Below, piece after piece: positions 1 to 6,074 of a DNA stretch of 13,618 nucleotides. The notes beneath the pieces are model-generated. The model ran no database searches. It saw only the letters and a list, made by a program, of their open reading frames with translations, and had not been told where the DNA came from. Both the position numbers and the translations under genes were made by a program. The DNA is taken from positions 3,501 to 17,118 of the forward strand of contig CAZFVS010000012.1 of assembly GCA_964522265.1 (NCBI GenBank). The letters are read 5' to 3'. Position 1 is the first letter of the stretch; every line of letters starts with the position of its first letter. Source of the stretch: an uncultured Gammaproteobacteria bacterium (GTDB lineage Bacteria; Patescibacteriota; Microgenomatia; Daviesbacterales; UBA10151).

Positions 1-179
1 CAGGTGTAATCCACACTGATTTTGAAAAAGGCTTTATCAGGGCTCAGGTTATTGGATATGAAAAATTAATAGAAGCCGGATCCTATGCCAGTGCCAAACA
101 AAAAGGTTGGATTAGAATTGAAGGGAAAGATTATGAGATCAAAGATGGGGATGTGGTTGAGTTTCTGGTCAGCACTTAA
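1..179 (+). CDS. ychF: Ribosome-binding ATPase YchF, C-terminal fragment (5' end lies outside the window)
   Basis: The frame starting at nt 3 reads [58 protein letters not shown], then TAA at 177-179. This is the characteristic YchF C-terminal domain pattern (GFIRAEV ... GK.R.EGKDY.V.DGDV..F). Confidence 0.85.
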   Translation, partial: GVIHTDFEKGFIRAQVIGYEKLIEAGSYASAKQKGWIRIEGKDYEIKDGDVVEFLVST

Positions 180-550
180 ACAGGATAATGCGGATGGATT
201 TTTCCCCTAGGAAGCCTTTTTAAGTGGTGGATTTTATCAAGCTCGTTTTGTAATATTACTGCGTGTTCTTGATAGGCATTGTATTGCCTGTTGTGTTTGA
301 TCAGCTGTCTGATAGTTAATGATCCCCAAAGCAGTGCTGTAATCCCAAATGCTGCTGTGTCAAGGTAGTTGGCTGATTCAAAACTTCTGCCTATACCGAA
401 GGTACCCAGAGATGTTGTGATCATTCCGGTTGAGGCAAGAATCGTAGGTGCCCATTTTTCGTAAAATTTAAGCGAACCATTTTTAAACCTGTTTAGCAAA
501 GGAGTTTTTTGTGCCTCTGATCCTGGTCTGTCATATTCATTACTAACCAT
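176..550 (-). CDS. Hypothetical small membrane protein (124 aa, two predicted hydrophobic helices)
   Basis: ATG-initiated ORF with two hydrophobic segments ([21 protein letters not shown] and [16 protein letters not shown]). A TATAAT box sits 8 nt upstream of the ATG. I recognise no family. Confidence 0.5.
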   Translation of the reverse strand: MVSNEYDRPGSEAQKTPLLNRFKNGSLKFYEKWAPTILASTGMITTSLGTFGIGRSFESANYLDTAAFGITALLWGSLTIRQLIKHNRQYNAYQEHAVILQNELDKIHHLKRLPRGKIHPHYPV

Positions 551-558
551 ATAATGAA

Positions 559-586
559 ATTATACCCCCAAATTATTACTTGACAA
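559..586 (-). promoter_or_regulatory. Putative sigma70 promoter for the 124-aa ORF (TTGTCA, 16-nt spacer, TATAAT)
   Basis: The minus strand reads cTTGTCAagtaataatttgggggTATAATttcattatATG. The -10 box ends 8 nt before the ATG and there is no SD. Confidence 0.45.
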
Positions 587-608
587 GCCGTCTGTACCGG
601 TTTATAAC
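580..608 (+). promoter_or_regulatory. Putative sigma70 promoter P1 upstream of rpsF (TTGACA, 17-nt spacer, TATAAC)
   Basis: Perfect -35 TTGACA at 580-585, a 17-nt spacer, and TATAAC at 603-608. Confidence 0.5.
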
Positions 609-617
609 AGAACAGGG

Positions 618-646
618 TTGATTAGACCTTGAAAAATTAGTATAAT
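618..646 (+). promoter_or_regulatory. Putative sigma70 promoter P2 of rpsF (TTGATT, 17-nt spacer, TATAAT), positioned for a leaderless transcript
   Basis: TTGATT at 618-623, a 17-nt spacer, and consensus TATAAT at 641-646. The ATG at 655 lies only 8 nt past the -10 box and has no SD. Confidence 0.5.
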
Positions 647-654
647 TACCAAAT

Positions 655-936
655 ATGCCAACTTATGCATTAACAATATTGCTTAAAAATGACCTTGATG
701 AAGATAAACGCAGGGCAGTCCTGGATGCCGTCAAAGAGCAAATTGGACATGACGGTAAACTCATAAAAGAGGATCTTTGGGGAAGCAGAAACTTGGTTTA
801 TCCGATCAAACATCAAAACAGAGCTTACTTTGTACTGTTGGAATTTGAAAATGATCCCGGCAGTATTTTATCGCTTGACAAAAATATTAAACTAAACGAA
901 GATATTATCCGTTATCTGTTGTTGAGAAAGGATTAA
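655..936 (+). CDS. rpsF: 30S ribosomal protein S6
   Basis: The 93-aa product has the S6 pattern (YALTILLK ... WGSRNLVYPIKHQNRAYFVLLEF). It sits in the conserved rpsF-ssb-rpsR order. Confidence 0.9.
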   Translation: MPTYALTILLKNDLDEDKRRAVLDAVKEQIGHDGKLIKEDLWGSRNLVYPIKHQNRAYFVLLEFENDPGSILSLDKNIKLNEDIIRYLLLRKD

Positions 937-938
937 TA

Positions 939-1484
939 GTGGCAAGCAGAAGTTGGAATAAAGTAGAACTGATTGGTAATTTAACAAGAGATCCCGAACT
1001 CCGTTACACTCCTTCGGGGGCTGCAGTGGTGTCCTTTACTATTGCTACCAACAGGACATATGTTTCAGAAGGAGAGCGGAAAGAGGAGGCTGATTTCCAT
1101 CGGGTTATTGCCTGGAATAAACTGGCTGAACTCTGCAGCCAGCTCTTGAAAAAAGGAAACAGGGTATTTGTTTCAGGAAGGCTGCAAAACCGCTCCTGGG
1201 AAGGGCAGGATGGTCAACCCCGCAACATTACCGAAATTGTAATCGAAGACATGATACTGCTTACCTCCAAGAACGGTTCAATGGAATCAGATTATACCCA
1301 GTCCCGGTCTGCTGCCAAAGCCCAACCAGCTGAAAATGCCATTGGGGTCAAACAGGAAGAGTCTAAAACCGAGCCTGCTGAAAAGGTACCGGATGTACCT
1401 GCGGCAGAAGAAGCAATACCGGCAGAAGATACCCAAACTCCTAAAAAAGAAGATCCAGGAGATCTGGATGACCTGCCTTTCTAA
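939..1484 (+). CDS. ssb: Single-stranded DNA-binding protein
   Basis: GTG start 2 nt after the rpsF stop, with GAAAGGA upstream. The N-terminus is an OB fold (NKVELIGNLTRDPELRYTPSGAAVVSFTIATNR ... FHRVIAWNKLAE). It is followed by a Pro/Glu-rich tail ending in the acidic SSB tip DLDDLPF. Confidence 0.93.
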   Translation: MASRSWNKVELIGNLTRDPELRYTPSGAAVVSFTIATNRTYVSEGERKEEADFHRVIAWNKLAELCSQLLKKGNRVFVSGRLQNRSWEGQDGQPRNITEIVIEDMILLTSKNGSMESDYTQSRSAAKAQPAENAIGVKQEESKTEPAEKVPDVPAAEEAIPAEDTQTPKKEDPGDLDDLPF

Positions 1485-1515
1485 ATTCCAATATTTATAA
1501 AAAACAAGCAAGTTG

Positions 1516-1544
1516 TTGCTAATTCCTTCCCTGCAAGGTACAAT
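1516..1544 (+). promoter_or_regulatory. Putative internal sigma70 promoter for rpsR (TTGCTA, 17-nt spacer, TACAAT)
   Basis: TTGCTA at 1516-1521, a 17-nt spacer, and TACAAT at 1539-1544. The ATG at 1553 is 8 nt downstream and has no SD. Confidence 0.4.
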
Positions 1545-1552
1545 ATTATATC

Positions 1553-1867
1553 ATGCCGGTAAAACTTAAGATAACTAAAAAAATAGAACCCGCTAGTAGT
1601 AAGCCTGTAGTGGTGCACGATGGGGAGCAAGCAGCAGAGAAAACCGTGTCTGTACCCGTGAGAACAAAGAAAGGCTGTTTTTTTTGCCAGAATAAAAAAG
1701 AACCGACATTTGAGGACTCTGTTACTCTAAGGAGGTTTATCTCAGACCGCTCAAGGATTGTACCGAAGTTAAGAACTGGAGTTTGTAGTAAACACCAGCG
1801 TTATCTCACCCGCCAGATCAAATATGCCCGTCATCTAGCCCTTTTGCCGTTTGTACCTAGCGTCTGA
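1553..1867 (+). CDS. rpsR: 30S ribosomal protein S18 with an N-terminal extension of about 40 aa
   Basis: S18 core CFFCQNKKEPTFEDSVTLRRFISDRSRIVPKLRTGVCSKHQRYLTRQIKYARHLALLPF. Conserved position after ssb. Ends in TGA at 1865-1867. Confidence 0.9.
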   Translation: MPVKLKITKKIEPASSKPVVVHDGEQAAEKTVSVPVRTKKGCFFCQNKKEPTFEDSVTLRRFISDRSRIVPKLRTGVCSKHQRYLTRQIKYARHLALLPFVPSV

Positions 1868-3082
1868 GTGAAAAAGAGACTGTGTCAATACTGTTACCCA
1901 TCAAGACGAAAAAATCACCTGAGCTTGCATGTTGAATATTACCTGGAGAAAATTCCCAGGATTAATCTTGGGTTGCAGGTTTTTGATAATTTGGTTTTGA
2001 ATGTACTCTCTTTCCTGAAAATCTTAAATTTCTCTGAGACAATAGATGAAACTTTATTTCACAACCGCAGCCTGATATTTTGGCATGAGGCAAAAAAGAG
2101 GAATCTTAAACTGGCTGCCCTGAAATTTTTAGGAAGAACAATTCAGGAGTTTCGGTTGGATTATGAGGGGAGGAAGTATTATTTTGAAGGCACACCTTTA
2201 AATATTTTTCCCAGCCCAAAATTCTTGGATAACAAAATCAAAGTTAAAAAATTTTTACAAAAAAAAGGTATACCGGTAGCTTCAGGTGAACTGTTTACCG
2301 ACTGCAAAAAAGCTTTAGAATTTGCAAAAAAGATTGGACTCCCGGTAGTAATTAAACCAAATACAGGATCTTTAAGCCATCATGTTATTTGTCCTGTAGA
2401 CTCTTTTCCGGCTCTTTCTAAGGCATTTAAGATTGTGAAAAGTTATAGACCGGATTTTATTGTTGAGAAATATACAGCAGGAAATTTATACAGGATCAGT
2501 GTTATAGGTAAAAAATATGTTTTTGTCTGTAAAAAAGACCGGGCTAATATTTTGGGGAATGGCTACGCCAATATAGACCAGCTTATCCAAACCAAAAATG
2601 GAGATATAAACCGCGGTGAAACGAGGCAACTGAATACTACCTTGCACAAGATTCCGCAGGATAATGTACTCCTTAAAAATCTTAAATCTCAAGGATTAAC
2701 TCTGGGGTCCATCCCTCCTAAGGATAAGAAAATCTATCTGCAGGATAAATATATCTTGTCAACAGGTTGTGATGTGGTGGGTTGTACCGGGGTGATAAAT
2801 CCGGCAAATAAAAAACTTTTCTTAAAAATTGCCGGACTGTTTAATACAGATATCCTGGGTATCGACTTTATTTGTCAGGATATAAGAAGAAACTACCTCA
2901 GCCAAACGAGTGTGGTTTTAGAAACTAATAGCCTGCCGTATATTGATATGCACATGTTTCCGTCTGAAGGTAAGCCAGATGATGTAGCAAAAATTAGCTG
3001 GGATTTTATACTCGGAAAACTGGATAAGCAAAAAAATAAAAAATTTTGTACTATTAATAAGTACCGAAAAATCGATGCCTAA
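1868..3082 (+). CDS. Stand-alone ATP-grasp ligase resembling the cyanophycin synthetase N+G domains, with no Mur-ligase domain
   Basis: Motifs seen by eye: DNKIKVKKFLQKKGIPVASG, KKIGLPVVIKPNTGSLSHHV, DFIVEKYTAGNLYRISVIG, RANILGNGYANIDQLIQTKNGDINRG, ILSTGCDVVGCTGVINPANKK, DILGIDFI and VLETNSLP. There is no in-frame ATG until about residue 360, so the start must be non-ATG. GTG at 1868 directly abuts the rpsR TGA, but the exact start is uncertain. Confidence 0.8.
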   Translation: MKKRLCQYCYPSRRKNHLSLHVEYYLEKIPRINLGLQVFDNLVLNVLSFLKILNFSETIDETLFHNRSLIFWHEAKKRNLKLAALKFLGRTIQEFRLDYEGRKYYFEGTPLNIFPSPKFLDNKIKVKKFLQKKGIPVASGELFTDCKKALEFAKKIGLPVVIKPNTGSLSHHVICPVDSFPALSKAFKIVKSYRPDFIVEKYTAGNLYRISVIGKKYVFVCKKDRANILGNGYANIDQLIQTKNGDINRGETRQLNTTLHKIPQDNVLLKNLKSQGLTLGSIPPKDKKIYLQDKYILSTGCDVVGCTGVINPANKKLFLKIAGLFNTDILGIDFICQDIRRNYLSQTSVVLETNSLPYIDMHMFPSEGKPDDVAKISWDFILGKLDKQKNKKFCTINKYRKIDA

Positions 3083-3686
3083 CTTAACAGGAGTTTTTAA
3101 CAAATTGAAAGATTTGGATCAGATACCAGCTATTGTTGTCAACCCCCGGGTGAAAAATAAGGGGCAGTCAGAATCCTTGGAAAATTTTATTGGTAATAGA
3201 GTTTTATACCCCCAGACCATATCAGCCAGTTTTGAGGATATGGAGATTGATTTTGCAATCTTGAAGGAGAGTATAAGAAGAGACCCCGGGCTCTTTTTCA
3301 ACAGTATCAGCAAAAAGATTATTTTGCCTTCTGATTTTATATCAAGATTTCCTCCTGTTTCAAAATTGATAACTGTGGTTGTCCAGGTACTGGTTCTTCC
3401 CGGAGTAACTATGGTTTATATAAAAAAAAACATCAGTATAATTTTGGTAGGCAGCATCATCAACATCAGGAAGCTACCCATATTTAGTAAATTAATAAAA
3501 GACCAAGTATTAATAGATCTGATGGTGGGTGATATTGCAACTAAAGCCCGTTTAAATGAGATCATTATTTTACCCCTCAAGGAGCATCACATTAAGGTTA
3601 AGATTAGTAATTCAGAGGAGATATTTGTTGCCGGTGGAGAATTAGGGTTGGTTTTGGATCTTAGATTGGAGGAAAAGCAAACGTGA
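3075..3686 (+). CDS. Hypothetical protein (203 aa), translationally coupled to the ATP-grasp gene
   Basis: The ATG at 3075 overlaps the ATP-grasp stop by 8 nt (ATGCCTAA). The ORF is continuous and ends at TGA 3684-3686. It has a hydrophobic central stretch (LITVVVQVLVLPGVTMVYI). I recognise no family. Confidence 0.6.
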   Translation: MPNLTGVFNKLKDLDQIPAIVVNPRVKNKGQSESLENFIGNRVLYPQTISASFEDMEIDFAILKESIRRDPGLFFNSISKKIILPSDFISRFPPVSKLITVVVQVLVLPGVTMVYIKKNISIILVGSIINIRKLPIFSKLIKDQVLIDLMVGDIATKARLNEIIILPLKEHHIKVKISNSEEIFVAGGELGLVLDLRLEEKQT

Positions 3687-4834
3687 TATTTGGAGCAAAC
3701 ATAACTTCGCAGCTTGTTGCCAATGTTCGTACAAGAATACAGGTCAACAGGGTGACTCATGTTAAAAGATCGCTTATCGGAGAAGGAAAATTAACTGTGA
3801 GGGTTGGTGAGGAAGTACAACCACAGGATATTTTAGGTCAGTCGCTGCTTAGTGCAGGATTTTCTGCTGTTAATATAGCCAAAATGTTGAATGTAAGGCC
3901 CTCAGAGGGTGGAAAGTATATACAAAGGCCTACCGGTAAAGTAATTTACAAGGGGGAGCTTTTGGCGCTTAAAAAAGAAATCTTCGGGAAAAAAGTAGTA
4001 GTAGCACCTACCGATGGTTTGATTGAAACTTATGATGCCAAAACCGGTGAATTACGGTTACGATTTTTATCAAAAGAGATCCCCCTGACTGCAGGTATTA
4101 TTGGGATAGTAGATAATGTCAACTACGTGACGAATGAGGTAATCATAAAAACTATGGTTACTGAAATTTTTGGTATATTAGGTTCGGGGAGAGAACGGAG
4201 TGGAGTTTTAAATATCCTGGGAGCTCCGGGCGATTTAGTGCATCCAACCCAAATTCAAACCCAGATGCATCAACAGATAATACTTACAGGAGGTTTGGTT
4301 GACAGTTCTATTCTCAGAAAAGCTGCCGGGTTTGGTCTGAGTGGTATTGTTTGCGGAGGGCTTAATGTTGTTGATTATAGATCTATTATGGGCAGCATAA
4401 ACCCCGCAAAGAGGGTAGGAACTGATGTAGGGATTTCCATAGTGGTTACAGAAGGTTTTGGCTTGATTCCGGTAGGCAGTGATATCTTTAATCTGATGAG
4501 GCCGTTTGGCGGTAAATTTGTATTTCTGAATGGGAATATTAATCAGGTATTATTGCCAACAGCAACTGCTGATAGTATACTGACACTGCGCAAAAGCAGT
4601 TTGCCTCTGGAGAAAGTCCATGATATGGTTCCTGAAGTTGAATTAGGGGAGATCAAAATAGGGCTAAAGGTGCGGATTATCTGGCCTCCATTTATGGGTG
4701 CACAGGGGAAGGTTATATCGATTGATCAGACACCAACGGTTTTAGAATCAGGGATATCAACGATTTTACTGACCTTAGAAACAACAAAACAAAAACTCAA
4801 AATACCATATACCAATATAGAAATTATAAAGTAG
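3683..4834 (+). CDS. Hypothetical protein (383 aa) with lipoyl/barrel-sandwich-hybrid-like motifs and a C-terminal KOW-like motif
   Basis: GTG at 3683 overlaps the upstream stop (GTGA), with GGAGGA 9 nt upstream. Motifs: GKLTVRVGEEVQPQDILGQ and KKVVVAPTDGLIETYD (split barrel-sandwich hairpins), IILTGGLVDSSILRKAAGFGLSGIVCGG, and GLKVRIIWPPFMGAQGKVISID (KOW/SH3-like). I see no signal peptide. Function is unknown. Confidence 0.75.
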   Translation: MIFGANITSQLVANVRTRIQVNRVTHVKRSLIGEGKLTVRVGEEVQPQDILGQSLLSAGFSAVNIAKMLNVRPSEGGKYIQRPTGKVIYKGELLALKKEIFGKKVVVAPTDGLIETYDAKTGELRLRFLSKEIPLTAGIIGIVDNVNYVTNEVIIKTMVTEIFGILGSGRERSGVLNILGAPGDLVHPTQIQTQMHQQIILTGGLVDSSILRKAAGFGLSGIVCGGLNVVDYRSIMGSINPAKRVGTDVGISIVVTEGFGLIPVGSDIFNLMRPFGGKFVFLNGNINQVLLPTATADSILTLRKSSLPLEKVHDMVPEVELGEIKIGLKVRIIWPPFMGAQGKVISIDQTPTVLESGISTILLTLETTKQKLKIPYTNIEIIK

Positions 4835-4838
4835 CCAG

Positions 4839-6041
4839 ATGAAATACCTACAAAAGATTAACCTGACATCGATTATAGTATATCTGCTGATTTTTAGTTT
4901 GGGCTGGCAGCTTGGACATCTTGACCTGTCTAGATTTAAAGTTAAAAACCTTAAACCTCCTCAGGATAAACAGACATTAGATTTTAAACTATTTTGGGAT
5001 ACTTGGGATCTGGTTTCCCGGGAATATGTAGATAAAAAAGCCATCGACATTCAGAAAATGTATTACGGGGCGATATCGGGGATGGTTGCATCGCTTGGTG
5101 ATCCATACACCTTTTTTCTTCCTCCGGAAATTCAAAAATCCACCAAAGAAGCATTGAGCGGCAGTTTTGAAGGTGTGGGTATTCAGCTGGGGTTTAATAA
5201 GGAGAAAAGGCTGGTTGTAATAGCTCCGCTCAAGGATACACCTGCAGCAAAAAACGGGATAAAAGCTGGGGATTTAATTCTAAAGATTGAGGGAAAAGAT
5301 ACTGTAAATATAACCCTTCAGGAAGCTGTAACATTAATCAGAGGGCCTAAAGGTACTAAAGTTGGTCTTGAAGTCTATCACGAAGGGGATTCAAAATCCA
5401 CCACCATTTCCCTAACAAGAGATACAATCATAGTCAAAAGTGTTGAGTTTGAGTCTAAGCTGACCAAGGGGGGTAAAAAAGTCGCTTATATTAAATTGTC
5501 AAGTTTTGGGGAAAGAACCCAGGAAGAATGGAATAAGGTCATCAGCGAAGCTGCTGCTAATAATCCTTCAGGAATTGTATTAGATCTTCGTAATAACCCC
5601 GGCGGGTTTTTAGAAGAAGCGGTTTTTATCTCATCAGAATTCATCCCTTCAGGGGATATAGTAATACAGGAAGATGGGCAAGGCGGGAGAAAAGCCTTAC
5701 CCGTTAAGCGGACTGGTAAGTTTTTAAAACAGCCTTTGGTGGTGCTTATTAACAAAGGTTCTGCTTCTGCAGCAGAAATTGTGGCTGGGGCAATACAGGA
5801 TTATAAAAGAGGGAAACTGGTAGGTGAAGAGTCGTTTGGTAAAGGTACGATACAGTCAGCTAAGGATTTAGCGGGAGAGACAGGGATTCATATTACAACA
5901 GCCAAATGGTTGACGCCAAACGGAAGATGGATTCACAACATTGGGCTGACACCTGATGTGAAAGTTGAAGAGCCGGTTATTTCAGATCAGACCCAAAAAG
6001 ACCCCCAGCTTGATCAGGCTTTGGAACTGTTGGATCGCTGA
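4839..6041 (+). CDS. ctpA: S41 family C-terminal processing peptidase (Ctp/Prc-like) with a PDZ domain and an N-terminal membrane anchor
   Basis: FEGVGIQLG ... VVIAPLKDTPAAKNGIKAGDLILKIEG (PDZ); VLDLRNNPGGFLEEAV; LINKGSASAAEIVAGAIQD ... GEESFGKGTIQ (Ser/Lys dyad region). The N-terminal hydrophobic segment is LTSIIVYLLIFSLGW. Confidence 0.92.
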   Translation: MKYLQKINLTSIIVYLLIFSLGWQLGHLDLSRFKVKNLKPPQDKQTLDFKLFWDTWDLVSREYVDKKAIDIQKMYYGAISGMVASLGDPYTFFLPPEIQKSTKEALSGSFEGVGIQLGFNKEKRLVVIAPLKDTPAAKNGIKAGDLILKIEGKDTVNITLQEAVTLIRGPKGTKVGLEVYHEGDSKSTTISLTRDTIIVKSVEFESKLTKGGKKVAYIKLSSFGERTQEEWNKVISEAAANNPSGIVLDLRNNPGGFLEEAVFISSEFIPSGDIVIQEDGQGGRKALPVKRTGKFLKQPLVVLINKGSASAAEIVAGAIQDYKRGKLVGEESFGKGTIQSAKDLAGETGIHITTAKWLTPNGRWIHNIGLTPDVKVEEPVISDQTQKDPQLDQALELLDR

Positions 6042-6065
6042 CTCCCTGCAAAGATATGGTAAAAT
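6038..6065 (+). promoter_or_regulatory. Putative extended -10 promoter for htrA (CTGACT, 16-nt spacer, TGgTAAAAT)
   Basis: CTGACT at 6038-6043 overlaps the ctpA stop. TG at 6057-6058 is followed by TAAAAT at 6060-6065. The ATG at 6075 is 9 nt downstream and has no SD. Confidence 0.4.
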
Positions 6066-6074
6066 AATACTTTG

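Noticed and set aside
1287-1511. 74-aa antisense ORF over the ssb tail, and similar shadow ORFs in the track: 2486-2692, 2918-3103, 3119-3313, 5486-5755, 6203-6409, 6295-6513, 6587-6958, 8525-8809, 8946-9134, 9167-9358 and 9638-9823
   Set aside because: All lie within, or out of frame with, genes that have strong family signatures. Their products are low-complexity or Cys/Phe/Ser-rich, and none has a promoter or SD. These are typical shadow ORFs.
1865-1870. Possible UGA recoding (code 25/4), which would fuse rpsR to the ATP-grasp ORF
   Set aside because: TGA falls exactly where S18 (ending ...LALLPFVPSV), the S41 protease (ending ...LELLDR) and the 203-aa ORF would be expected to end. RF1 is present, and no in-frame TGA interrupts any conserved domain. 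The standard code 11 fits.
1868-3082. ATP-grasp as a RiPP (graspetide/microviridin-type) macrocyclase
   Set aside because: No short precursor-peptide ORF lies next to it, because the flanks are fully occupied by rpsR and the coupled 203-aa gene. The motifs I can see resemble the cyanophycin synthetase/RimK-type ligase branch rather than the MdnB/C type. This cannot be excluded without a profile search.
3422-3430. A9 homopolymer inside the 203-aa ORF as a possible frameshift, phase-variation site or pseudogene scar. Similar runs occur at A8 2259-2266, T8 1678-1685 and T8 6093-6100.
   Set aside because: The reading frames are continuous across every run, and such runs are expected in AT-rich DNA. 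There is no evidence of disruption.
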